A stretch of DNA of 64,000 bases. Source: Eledone cirrhosa. Its lineage: Eukaryota. Within the stretch, counting starts at the first letter, position 1, and each line of letters begins with the position of its first letter. The stretch covers positions 70,742,001-70,806,000 of the forward strand of contig OZ024747.1 of the NCBI GenBank assembly GCA_964016885.1. The letters are read 5' to 3'. The position numbers and the translations under genes were made by a program. The notes under the pieces were generated by a model. It saw nothing but the letters and a program-made list of their open reading frames with translations. It was not told the DNA's origin and ran no database searches. Positions 39,939-53,625 of the stretch are shown here, piece by piece.

Positions 39939-40649
39939 ACATATACATATATATACATACATATACATACATATATATATATACATACATACATATATAT
40001 TTATACATACATACATATATATATATACATACATATATATTTATACATACATACATATATATATATACATACATATATACATACATATATACATACATAT
40101 ATATATACATACATATATATATATACATACATACATATACATACATACATATATATATACATACATATACATACATATATATATACATATACATACATAC
40201 ATATATATATACATACATATACATACATATACATACATATATACATATATACATATATATATATATAGATATATATATATACATATATATATATACATAC
40301 ATACATATATATATATACATATATATACATACATACATATATATATATACATATATATACATACATACATATATATATACATACATACATATATATATAT
40401 ATACATACATATATATATATATACATATATACATATATACATATATACATATATATATATATATACATACATACATATATATATATACATATATACATAT
40501 ACATATATACATATATATATATATACATACATATATATATATACATACATATATATATATATACATATATATATATACATATATATATATATACATATAT
40601 ATATATACATACATATATATATATATATATATACATATATATACATACA

Positions 40650-40685
<36 letters not shown>

Positions 40686-40698
40686 CATAAATATATAC

Positions 40699-40732
<34 letters not shown>

Positions 40733-40792
40733 GTATACATACATATATATATTCATATATATATATATATACATATATATACATACATATAT
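39250..40792. repeat. TATG/TACA compound microsatellite array
   Basis: Direct reading; polarity switches near 39770. Confidence 0.93.
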
Positions 40793-41400
40793 GGTGGCTG
40801 CCAACTCGTTTTCGAGTACGGCCACTACTTTATATCCATGTAGGAGAACCCCTACCGATGCGCTGAACGAGTGTGACTTTTTAGTCCAGCCAGCGACTTG
40901 AAAACTCTGGTACAAACACTACACTTGTGACAATTATTGACACATAGGGCTTTGCCTTTGGTACCATGTGACGACAAGTGCAGAGAGATCTCCAGATATA
41001 AAGCAATGCCTGTGCCGTGAAGCTTTTATAGTGAGCAAAGGCACTGCACAAAGCCAGTCCCACTCTCTTAACCAAGATGATATTTACCAAAAAGAAGAAC
41101 AAGTCAACATCATTGGATACCATCAGGGTTGCAGGTGTTATATCAGAGTTTTCCTTCTCCTAGAATTCTGCCTTGACAAAGGCTAAGGGGTCATCTCTCC
41201 CGGTGATTTTGGATGGCCATTGACTCTTAAGAGCTCCTTTGCCCTTTGACAGGTTTTGTTTTTAGTCCTGCTGGATGTCCAAAGTCCCCCTCCTCACCAA
41301 GAAACCTTGGTGGGGTTGCCAGTTTAGTCGCCAACGACCCGACCATGAGACAGGTTGTACTGGGATACATGTTACCAGTAGCACCAAGTGGTGACCTGAC
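40793..41400 (-). mobile_element. RTE-5'-UTR-like non-coding element inside the microsatellite array
   Basis: GC-richer island with minus-strand TCTAGGAGAAGGAAAACTCTGAT, resembling RTE leaders. A similar TTCTAGGAGAAGACAAC occurs at 57830. Confidence 0.55.
41318..41400 (-). ncRNA. Candidate HDV-like ribozyme lacking the 5' strand of P1
   Basis: Minus strand: P2 GTCAG/CTGGC, P3 TCA/TGG around CCACT, P1' TGCTACT, GG, P4 TAAC...GTTG with two internal hairpins, J4/2 GACTAA. Confidence 0.45.
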
Positions 41401-41605
41401 ATACGTACATATATATACATATATATACATACATATATATATACATATATATACATACAAATATATACATATATATACATACATATATATATACATACAT
41501 ATATATATACATATATATATACAAATGTATACATATATATATATATATACATAAATATATATATATATATACATATATATACATAAATATATATACATAT
41601 ACATA

Positions 41606-41653
<48 letters not shown>

Positions 41654-41705
41654 CATACATATATATACATACATATACATACATATATATATGTACCTAC
41701 ATATA

Positions 41706-41739
<34 letters not shown>

Positions 41740-41762
41740 CATACATATATATATGTACCTAC

Positions 41763-41803
<41 letters not shown>

Positions 41804-42332
41804 AACATACATATATATATACATATATATACATATACATACATATATATATATATATACATACATATATATATACGTACATATATATATATATATATAT
41901 ACATATATACATATATATGTATATACATATATATACATACATACATACCTATATATATATATATATACATATATATATACATACATACATCCCTATATAT
42001 ATATATATACATATATATATACATACATCTATATATACATATATATATACATACATGTATACAATCATACATACATATATATATATATACATATATATAC
42101 ATACATGTATACAATCATATATACATACATATATATATATTCATATATATATATATACACACATATATATATACACACACACACATATATATACATACAT
42201 ACATATATACATATATAGATATATACAAATATACATATATACATATATACATATATATACATACATATACATACATACATACATATATATATATACATAT
42301 ATATATATACATACATACATACATACATACAT

Positions 42333-42365
<33 letters not shown>

Positions 42366-42551
42366 TATACATACATACATACATACATATATATATATAC
42401 ATACATACATACATACATATATATATATATATACATACATACATATATATATACTTACATATATACATACATATATATATATATACATACATACATACAT
42501 ATATACATACATATATATATATACATACATAAATACATATATATATATATG

Positions 42552-42615
<64 letters not shown>

Positions 42616-42650
42616 CATATACATATATAGATATATATATACATTTATAC

Positions 42651-42737
<87 letters not shown>

Positions 42738-42775
42738 CATATATATATATAAAGATATATATATACACAGACACA
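41401..42775. repeat. TACA/TA compound microsatellite array
   Basis: Direct reading. Confidence 0.93.
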
Positions 42776-42777
42776 CA

Positions 42778-44688
42778 TGTGTCTGTTTGGGTGGGTGTGT
42801 GTGCGAGTGTCTGGGTGTGTGTGTGTGTGTGTCTGGGTGTGTGTGTGTGTCTGGGTGTGTGTGTGCGCGTCTGGGTGTGTGTGTGCGCGTCTGTGTGTGT
42901 GTGTGTGTGTGCGTCTGTGTGTGTGTGCGTCTGGGTGTGTGTGTGTGTCTGGGTGTGTGTGTGTGTCTGGGTGTGTGTGTGTGTCTGGGTGTGTGTGCGT
43001 GTGTCTGGGTGTATGTGTGTGTGTCTGGGTGTGTGTGTCTGTGTGTGTGTGTGTGTGTCTGGGTGTGTGTGTGTGTCTGGGTGTGTGTGTCTGGGTGTGT
43101 GTGTGTGTGTGTCTGGGTGTGTGTGTGTCTGGGTGTGTGTGTGTCTGGGTGTGTGTGTGTGTGTCTGGGTGTGTGTGTGTGTCTGGGTGTGTGTGTGTCT
43201 GGGCGTGTGTGTGTGTCTGGGTGTGTGTGTGTGTGTCTGTGTGTGTGTGTCTGGGTGTGTGTGTGTGTGTCTGGGTGTGTGTGTCTGGGTGTGTGTGTGT
43301 GTGCGTGTGTCTGGGTGTGTGTGTGTGTGTGTCTGGGTGTGTATGTGTGTGTCTGTGTGTGTGTGTGTGTGTCTGTGTGTGTGTGTGTGTGTCTGGGTGT
43401 GTGTGTCTGGGTGTGTGTGTGTGTCTGGGTGTGTGTGTCTGGGTGTGTGTGTGTCTGGGTGTGTGTGTGTGTGTCTGGGTGTGTGTGTGTGTGTGTCTGG
43501 GGGTGTGTGTGTGTCTGGGTGTGTGTGTGTGTGTCTGGGTGTGTGTGTGTGTGTCTGGGTGTGTGTGTGTGTGCGTCTGTGTGTGTGTGTGTCTGGGTGT
43601 GTGTATGTGTGTCTGGGTGTGTGTGTGTGTGTCTGGGTGTGTGTGTGTGTCTGGGTGTGTGTGTGTGTGTCTGGGTGTGTGTGTGTGTCTGGGTGTGTGT
43701 GTGTGTGTGTGTGTGTCTGGGTGTGTGTGTGTGTGTCTGGGTGTGTCTGGGTGTGTGTGTGTGTGTCTGGGTGTGTCTGGGTGTGTGTGTGTGTGTGTCT
43801 GGGTGTGTGTGTGTGTCTGGGTGTGTGTGTGTGTGTCTGGGTGTGTGTGTGTGTGTCTGGGTGTGTGTGTGTGTGTCTGGGTGTGTCTGGGTGTGTGTGT
43901 GTGTGTCTGGGCGTGTGTGTGTGTCTGGGTGTGTGTGTGTGTCTGGGTGTGTGTGTGTGTCTGGGTGTGTGTGTGTGTGTCTGGGTGTGTGTGTCTGGGT
44001 GTGTGTGTGTGTCTGGGTGTGTGTGTGTGTGTCTGGGTGTGTCTGGGTATGTGTGTGTGTCTGGGTGTGTGTGTGTGGGTGTGTCTGGGTGTGTGTGTGT
44101 GTGTCTGGGTGTGTCTGGGTGTGTGTGTGTGTGTCTGGGCGTGTGTGTGTGTCTGGGTGTGTGTGTGTGTGTCTGGGTGTGTGTGTGTGTGTCTGGGTGT
44201 GTGTGTGTGTGTCTGGGTGTGTGTGTGTGTGTGTCTGGGTGTGTGTGTGTGTCTGGGTGTGTGTGTGTCTGGGTGTGTGTGTGTGTGTCTGGGTGTGTGT
44301 GTGTCTGGGTGTGTGTGTGTGTGTCTGGGTGTGTGTGTGTGTCTGGGTGTGTCTGGGTGTGTGTGTGTGTGTGTCTGGGCGTGTGTGTGTGTCTGGGTGT
44401 GTGTGTGTGTGTCTGGGTGTGTGTGTGTGTGTCTAGGGGTGTGTGTGTGTGTCTGGGCGTGTGTGTGTGTCTGGGTGTGTGTGTGTGTCTGGGTGTGTGT
44501 GTGTGTGTCTAGGGGTGTGTGTGTGTGTCTGGGTGTGTGTGTGTGTGTCTGGGTGTGTGTGGGTGTTTCTGGGTGTGACTGGGTGTGTGTGTGTGTGTCT
44601 GGGCGTGTGTGTGTGTGTGTCTGGGTGTGTGTGTGTGTGTCTGGGTGTGACTGGGTGTGTGTGTGTGTGTGTCTGGGCGTGTGTGTGT
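42778..44688. repeat. [(GT)nCTGG] minisatellite, about 1.9 kb
   Basis: Direct reading. Confidence 0.95.
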
Positions 44689-44744
44689 TAGATGGAGTAA
44701 CTAATTACTGAAAGAGAATGATAGAGACAGGATATTATAATATT

Positions 44745-44757
44745 TATATTTATATAT

Positions 44758-44800
<43 letters not shown>

Positions 44801-44935
44801 TATATATATATATACACACACATATATATATATATACACACACATATATATATATATACACACACATATATATATACACACACATATATATATATATATA
44901 TATACACACACATATATATATATATATACACACAC

Positions 44936-44966
<31 letters not shown>

Positions 44967-44995
44967 CATATATACATATATATATACATATATAC

Positions 44996-45054
<59 letters not shown>

Positions 45055-45098
45055 CATATATACATATATATATATATACATATATATATACACACACA

Positions 45099-45130
<32 letters not shown>

Positions 45131-45147
45131 CATATATACATATATAT

Positions 45148-45202
<55 letters not shown>

Positions 45203-45223
45203 CACACACATATATATATATAT

Positions 45224-45264
<41 letters not shown>

Positions 45265-45295
45265 TATATATATATATACATATATACACACACAC

Positions 45296-45375
<80 letters not shown>

Positions 45376-45436
45376 GTGTGTAAATATATATATATACACA
45401 TATGTATGTGTATATATATACACACATACATATGTG

Positions 45437-45472
<36 letters not shown>

Positions 45473-45494
45473 CACATACATATATATATATATG

Positions 45495-45532
<38 letters not shown>

Positions 45533-45546
45533 CATATATATATGTG

Positions 45547-45577
<31 letters not shown>

Positions 45578-45905
45578 GTATATATATATATTTATATATA
45601 TATATGTATGTGTATATATATATGTGTGTATATATATGAGTGTGCATATATATATATGTGTGTATATATATATATATATATGTGAAAATATATATAGAGA
45701 GAGAGTGAAGCCATATGGGGGAAGGAAGATTGAGAGGGTGTGTCTAGGATAGGTGAAGCAGGTGTAAGTAGGAGGGGGGTTTCAGTGGAAATTATTTTTC
45801 TTCAGCCCCAATGCTTTGCTTCATCATTCAATATGTGTATGTATGTGTGTATTGTATGTACCTATGTATGTATGTGTGTATTTATGTATGTGTAAGTGTG
45901 TCTGT

Positions 45906-45951
<46 letters not shown>

Positions 45952-45978
45952 GTATGTCTATATATATGTATGTATGTG

Positions 45979-46013
<35 letters not shown>

Positions 46014-46351
46014 ATATGTATATATATATGTTTGTATGTATGTGTGTATGTGTATATCATCATCATCATCATGATCATCACATATGTATCTATGTATGTT
46101 TATGTATGCTTATATATGTATATATGGATATATGGATTGATGTATGTATGTGTGAATGCATCTGTAAATATGTATATTTATGAGTATATACACACACATA
46201 TATATATATATATATTTATGTGTAAAAGTGTCTATATGTGAGTACGTGTGCATACCTATGTAAGTATGTACGTGTGAATGTGTCTGTATATATGTATATA
46301 TATATATATTTATGTGTGAAAGTGTGTCTGTACGTAATTACGTAAATATAA

Positions 46352-46409
<58 letters not shown>

Positions 46410-47127
46410 CTGTGTGTGTGTATGTATGTATATATAAATGTATATGTGTATATATATAAACACATATGCATGCACACACACACAAGAAGAGAAACACATA
46501 GATATATATGAGAGGGTGTATGCAATGTATATAAATTTATATTGTGTGTGTATATATTACTTAGTTATACACCTATACATACATATATATTTCTTGACAT
46601 ACAGTAATGGCTAGAAATATGACATTAAATGAAAGAACGTGTTCTTTGTTTTGTGGATGTGCATAAGTAGCTGTGTGTGTGTGTTTCACGTGTGTGCGTA
46701 TGTATATGTATGAGTATATACACACACACAGCCATAAACACACACACATACACAAACACACACACATATATATGTGTGTGTGTGTGTATGTGTCTGTTTG
46801 TGTGTATGTGTGTGTATTTATGGCTGTGTGTGTGTATATACTCATACATATACATACGCACACATATATATATATGTGTGTGTGTGTGTGTATATATATA
46901 TACATGCACACACACATATATATATATATACATGCATATGCATACATAGATGCACACACTGGCACATATGCACACACTCACAAACAGAAACACACGTGTA
47001 TATATATATATATACACACATGCACATATATATATTAACTTGGACGTGGAGTGTGCATGTGTAGGTCTTTGCATATGAGAGTAATTAAATTGAATGTGTA
47101 TGTGAATGTATATATGAGTTATATGCA

Positions 47128-47169
<42 letters not shown>

Positions 47170-47570
47170 TGAATATAACTCATATATACATTCACATACA
47201 TTCATATATATATATATGTATGTATATATGTGTCTGTATATATATATATATATGCCACTGCGTCTGCATGTTATCAAAAGTATGCATATAAAAATGCAAG
47301 TGAATGCATATATTTATAGATATTTATGTATGTGTGTACATATGTATGGGTGAATATCTGCATACAATTATATATTTGTGCATCTATATATGTGTGTGTA
47401 TATATCTGTGTGTTTGTTTGTGTGCTTGAGCATGCATGCAAGTGTATATATCTATTATGTATGTATATATGTATATATGTATGTATATATGTGTGAATAC
47501 AATTTTGCCAATGTGAATATATTTATTGTTTGAGTATATATATAGATAGATAGATATAGATATATATGTA
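44745..47570. repeat. TA/CA/TG compound microsatellite region
   Basis: Direct reading. Confidence 0.9.
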
Positions 47571-48640
47571 AGAGAAAGAGAGAGAAAGGAAGAGAAAACG
47601 GGAGAGAGATTGTGTCCTTATGTATGCATGTGCATGTGCATGAACGTGTATATATGGTTATGTGTTTATGTGTTTATGTGTCAGTGTGTCTACATGTCTA
47701 TGTATTTCTGTGAATGGAGAAATGGTATGAGTTGCCATAAATATTTCAGGAAATTTCTTTCAAGTGTTGACCAGTGGTGAAAGTGGGAGTGAGTTGATAT
47801 CTCTCCCTTTTACTCACTGGACATTGGTCAGTGTCTAGGAAAAAAGAGGAAGTGGTGGATGGTGGAGGAGGTTGTGAGGGTAAAGGCAGAAGAGAAGAAA
47901 AGAGATGATAAAAGTTTGGGGATGGTAGTGGTAGCCACTAACTTTCGCTGTGGCATGCAGTGTGGCTGGACAAAGTAGTAAGTTCAGTCTGTGAGAGAAA
48001 GAAAAACTGACCAGTGCATTACAGCCACATAAAATCAATATCCAGTAAAGAGGAGTGAGAGTGGTGTAGCTTACCCTTCACATATTTCTTTCAATCTCCT
48101 GTCTTCATTCCATCCCACATCACCTCCATACTTCAGCCACCACCAACTGCCATCAACCAACCCTACCATCACCAGCATCACTATTAGCATTAGCATCACC
48201 AACACCATGTCATCCTTCAGTAAAAAGAGATTTGCAATTTGCTACTGTGATACTAGTCTGCTTTCCATGGCAGCCATATTTTGGCCATGTCATCCAAGTA
48301 ACTGGCCACTGTCCATCTTCGCCAAACACCGCCACCGGCCAACGAGGCAAGCAGCTATTTTCGAGAATGTTGTAATCCAAGGTTTTCAAACATTCAGTGC
48401 TGAAAATAGTTAGTAGTAGTTGTAATAGTAGTAGCAGTTGTGGTGGTAGTAATTATGCTAATAACAATCATGATAATCATGATAATGAAGATGTTTAATT
48501 AATAATAAAAAATACACTCACACACACATACTTTCATGTATTGGAGTACACACAAACAACAGACTAATATAACAGTAGTTCTATTGCCAATAAAGGAAAG
48601 CAATATATATAATCCAGTATGGAAAACACATAAAAATATA

Positions 48641-48789
48641 TGCTGCTGCTGCTGCTGCTGCTACTACTACTACTACTGCTGTTATTGCCACTACTACTAC
48701 TACTACCACTACTGCTTCTACTACTACTACTACTACTACTACTGCTGCTTCTACTACTACTACTACTACTACTACTACTGCTGCTGCTT

Positions 48790-48821
<32 letters not shown>

Positions 48822-48831
48822 ACTGCTGTTA

Positions 48832-48863
<32 letters not shown>

Positions 48864-48920
48864 AGTACTACCACTACTACTGCTGCTGCAGCTACTACTA
48901 CTCTTACTACTACTACTACT
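48641..48920. repeat. (CTA)n/(CTG)n trinucleotide array
   Basis: Direct reading. Confidence 0.95.
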
Positions 48921-49329
48921 TTTTATAATTAAAATTACTTCTATTACCAGTAATTTTAGTAATTCTAAACATTAATAATGCCATGAATAAAGAGGGGAGC
49001 AATGTCGATTAAATGATCCCCTATATTTATTCTTAATGAATGAAGATGATAAAAATGTAATGTTCGCCTCACCATGATTTTAATTTGGAATATAAAGGGA
49101 CATAACTATATATTGTAAAGTATTTTGTCCAGCACCAAATACATTAGCAATAATTATTTAATAAATTTAACAGAATATTTACAAGATGAACAATAGAATA
49201 ACAACAGAGGTTAGCTACATTTATTTAATAATATTTTTTTAATAACCGACTGTTGATGTGTGTGTGTTCTGTATTTGCTACTGTTTAAGGGTTAGTCGGC
49301 TTCGTTGTCCTGCAGACGGGTTAGAGAGC

Positions 49330-49640
49330 ACATTGTCCCAGAGGATGGGGAGGGAGACATGCAGCTACTCCACCCTTCAGGGCTCACACTTGTGGGTAAT
49401 CAACTCCACACTGATGGTAGTGAGTAGGGCAGTGTTCCAGGAGCCAAGTATGCTGGAAGTTTCCACTGTTATAGCTTCAACCACAAACCTATCAGAGAGA
49501 GGCCAATATTTGACAGTTTCCCCTCTTCAGCCTGGCAGGCAGCATAGCCTACACTGGTAGTTGAATGTACCAGGTTGCACTGGAGAATGTGTTACATGTG
49601 GCATTCCCAATGAGTGGGCTATTCCAGCAGAATATCAGTT
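49330..49640 (-). pseudogene. Relic of a CRE-like non-LTR element, REL endonuclease C-terminus
   Basis: Minus-strand translation across frameshifts gives LIGNATC.T...VGYAACQAEEGK..KY..LSDRFVVEAITVETS.ILG, resembling the CRE-type pattern WDATC.DT...AA..AE..K..KY...F.P.AVET.G. Confidence 0.55.
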
Positions 49641-49769
49641 TTCTTGTTTGTATGGATTAGACAGGTTGTCACATTCCATGCCTAGACAGGTGAGAGGACC
49701 ATGTTTTGCTCATATGTTCCATTTTGGCATGGTTTATATATCTATGGCTTTGGGGAAAGAACTTAGGAT

Positions 49770-50335
49770 AAAAAAAGGTTTAGAGTAAACTTGGGAAAAA
49801 CTAAAATTTGGGTAAGTAGGACAGAAGACAAGACTCTGATCCCACCAGGAAAGAGGCCCTGCTCATTATGTAGAAAAGGAATAGGTAGTAACTCTATAGA
49901 ATATACACAAGAGGGGTAGCAGGCAGACTATCAGAAAAGATAAACATTGTATGTAGCAGATGCACTGGGGTAGTAAAATAAACACATCCCAATCCCAGGA
50001 AGTCTCCATAGAAGTGGTTGATAGCTTCTGCTACCTAAGTGTAGGAGGCTGCATCAAATACACAGTAGCTAGAATAAGTACAGAACTCCCTACAAAAGAA
50101 TGGCTGGCTGTATGATGCTTGTCTATGTAGTGCATTATATGGTAGTGAGGCTAGGGGTAAAAGCTGAGGATATATGAAGGCTGGAAAGAAATGAAGCAAG
50201 CATGCTTCTATGGATGTTCAATATTAATATGCATGAAATGTAAAGCATAGTTGAGCTGCAAGAAAAACTGAATATAAAAGAAATTAGATGTAGTGTGCAG
50301 GGAAGAATACTGAACAGGTATGGCCATGTGATACA
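49770..50335 (+). mobile_element. Degenerate RTE LINE fragment
   Basis: Relics of PCSLCRKGIGSNS, VVDSFCYL and LERNEASMLLWM. Confidence 0.75.
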
Positions 50336-50709
50336 TATTGATCATCATTGGTCGCATAGGGAAGGAATATTCCCAATGTGCGACACATAAAACATGGTTC
50401 TGAAGCAAACTTCTTGTCATATATAAAACGTGTGACAGTGTATAACTGCAAATAGTGTAAAACACTAACAATATACACAAAGAATGTTTCTGTTCCAACA
50501 GAACAGATTATTTGAAAGCAGTCGAAAGAGGTTCATCCTAAGCCTGATTCACACACAGTTCCTGCTTTATGGAGCAGCATGTGAGGAACATTTGTGAAGA
50601 GTGGCTCAGTGATATCCAAAGACAATTTAAAGTCGTACCCAAACATGAACCATTTACAATCAATAGTGACAGCATCAATACACAGTTAGCTATGCCTTTC
50701 ATCCTTACA

Positions 50710-51785
50710 GTAATAATAATTATTTCTACTTTTGGCACAAGGCCAGCAATTACTCCAGTGTATTACTGTTACTTTATTTTATCGACACCGTAAGGATGAA
50801 AGGCAAAGCATGGCAGGATTTTGAACTTAGACAATAAAGGGCCGTAACTATTTAACTATTGACTTCAGACGTATTTGAACAAACAATGTAATGTGCCGTA
50901 ACAAATACCACAGAGTAGGGTGTCAGACGCTCTAATGTTTCTGCTAACCCATTTCACAAATCTTTTCCTAATATTAGTACAAAACCCTAAATGCTTTGTG
51001 GAAGAGTTTGTTGATTATATCAACCCCAGTGCTTGACAGGTATATTATACTATTTCATTGACCCTTGAGGGATGGATGGCTAATTTATCCTTAGTAGGGT
51101 TTAAATTCAGAATGTAAAGTGCCAGAACAAATATGGCATGGCATTTTGTCTGATGGCTTAATGAATCTGCCAATATATTTACTGTTCTTTAATAATAATT
51201 TCTTACATAAGCACAAGACTAGAAATTTTATGGGGAGAGTTTAGTCAATTACAATGATTCTAGTATGTAACTGGTATTTTATTTCATCAATTGGATGAAT
51301 GAAAAACAAAATTTACCCCAGTAAGGTTTGAACTCAGATTGTAAAGTAATGCAACTACATAAATAGCTGAAAGTAATTCAACTGCTACTCAACCATCTAA
51401 TAATTGTTTTTACTTTTGGCACAAAGCCAGCAACTACCCAGTACATTACTAGTACTTTATTTTATCGAACCCATAAGAATGAAAGGCAAAGTTAACCTCG
51501 ACGGGATTTGAACTCAGACTGTAAAGAGACGTAACTATGCTGGAAAGCATGGCGTCCGACCCTCTACCGATAGTGCCAAGGCATAAGACCAGCAATTTGG
51601 GGAGAGGGAAAAGTTGATTAAATTGACCCCAGTGCATTACTGGTGCTTTATTTATTGACCCCATAAAGATGAAAGGCAAAGCTAACCTTGGCAGGATTTG
51701 AACTCAGAATGTAAAGGGTTGTAACTATATGCTACAAAGCATGTTGCCCAATGCCCAACCGATGCTGCCAATATACTACCATACT
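50710..51785 (-). mobile_element. Cluster of Meta-like SINE copies of different ages
   Basis: Repeated GGATGAAAGGCAAAG.TAACCT...GATTTGAACTCAGA units. Confidence 0.8.
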
Positions 51786-52405
51786 ATTTAATAATGATAA
51801 TAATGATTTCTAGCTTTGGTACAAATGATACATTTGTAAGGAGGTTTAAATTAATTGATTTCACTACTTGAAGGATTTGAACTCACATGATATAATGACT
51901 AAACCACCACAAGACATTTTTTCATGCAAGTGCTATAACAATTTTGTTTCTCCAAAAATAAATTCCTTATTCTTAATGTGATGCTATTTATGGCAAAGCT
52001 TTTGATTATTTCCATTCTACAATTTTTTGAAATTTAGGATAATGACTCTGCAATAATAATTCCGCTACCATATCATCACGCAAATCAGATAACAATTATA
52101 GATTTCAGCTCCAAATTTCACTGAAGAAAATATTTCATACTTCTGTTTTCTTCTTCAAGAAAGATTTTCAAGGAGTTTCATGAAAGAAGAAAGAACACTA
52201 GCATTTAGGGCAATTAGGGTTTAGTAGCAGGAGCTAGGTGATAAGGATACTATATAAGACATACTACAACTGTTCAGACTTAAGAAGATTTCTCTATAAG
52301 AAGGTGTATTGACCTTTAATAAACTGTATAGTACTTGGTACATATGAGTGTAAAGTGGAGACAAGCTTTGTATAGAGCCTAATGAATGGTGAATTAGTGA
52401 TAATG

Positions 52406-52457
<52 letters not shown>

Positions 52458-52885
52458 TATGAACGCACATGCATACATATTCACACATATATACCACATA
52501 CTTTTAAAGATACAAAGATGTATGGTCTTACATTTTCTTGCATGTATCTCTCTCTCTCTATATATATATATATGCACATCCACACACACATACATATATA
52601 AAATAATATATATATATATAGTATAATGTATACTGTGAAGACTGGCAAGAAAGACGTATATGATTACAATGGGTAATGGTGTTAATAACACAGCCTTCCA
52701 GGATAAGGCAGCGATATGGGTCAATTCCTGAACGTGATTTTGTTCAATTTTTTCCATCCCAAGGGGGTATATCCCTGATTTTCAACTATATTATATTGAG
52801 TATGCATTGTAGTAAATTTATGTGAACAAAACATTCTCTTAAATTTCAATCTTACTTCATGTTCCTTCAGGGTTCCATTGTTTAT

Positions 52886-52918
<33 letters not shown>

Positions 52919-52944
52919 CATACACACATATATACATATAAGAT

Positions 52945-53625
52945 ATCATCATCATCATCATATCGTTTAATGTTTATTTTCCATACTAGCATCGATTAGA
53001 CGTGTTGTCCCTTTAGAGGCAAGTTATGTCAGGTGACTGTGTCTTGCTCATACAGAACAGTGTGGGCTGGGTACTTTTTGTTGTGACACCTACATGACCA
53101 CTTTACAGTGTGAACTGGATGCTTTTTGGTTGTGGTACCAACATACATTTACAGTGTAAGGGTGGACTGAAGTGGGTGGACGGGTGTTGGGGTGTGGGAG
53201 GTGTATGGAAGGGGCTATAGTGGATAAGAGGTGGGTATTCTATACTCATCCACATACAGACAAACATGCATGCACACACACATTCACATATATATACATA
53301 TATATATAAAGGGTAAGTGTAAAGACCCCTTTGGTCATGAAGGACCATGGGATTTGCACCTTGAAAGCTCTCCTCTGAGGCGCATGTCCGGGCAAGGTTG
53401 TTTTGTGGAAGACCAGCATCACCCATGCATACCTGTCTCCCCTTGTCCAAGGAAAAGGCAATAGTATCAGTAACATTGTAACTCATTTCTACAGCTGAGT
53501 AAACTAGAGCAACGAGAAATAAAGTATCTTGCTCAAAGACACTATGCATCACCCAGTCTGAGAATTGAACTCACAACCTCATGATTACAAGCCCAACACT
53601 CTAACCACTCAGCCATAAGGCTTCA
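52945..53625 (-). mobile_element. RTE 3' tail fragment (about 52945-53210) and a tRNA-headed SINE (about 53310-53625)
   Basis: (CAT)n plus tail motifs. 53480-53625 is the reverse complement of the SINE head at 20-160. Confidence 0.7.

Noticed and set aside
39008-47353. Long YI/CV-repeat ORFs up to 644 aa
   Set aside because: Microsatellite and minisatellite translation; open in several frames at once.
48536-48975. Poly-Leu, poly-Cys/Tyr and poly-Val/Ala ORFs
   Set aside because: Trinucleotide repeat with no splice or homology support.
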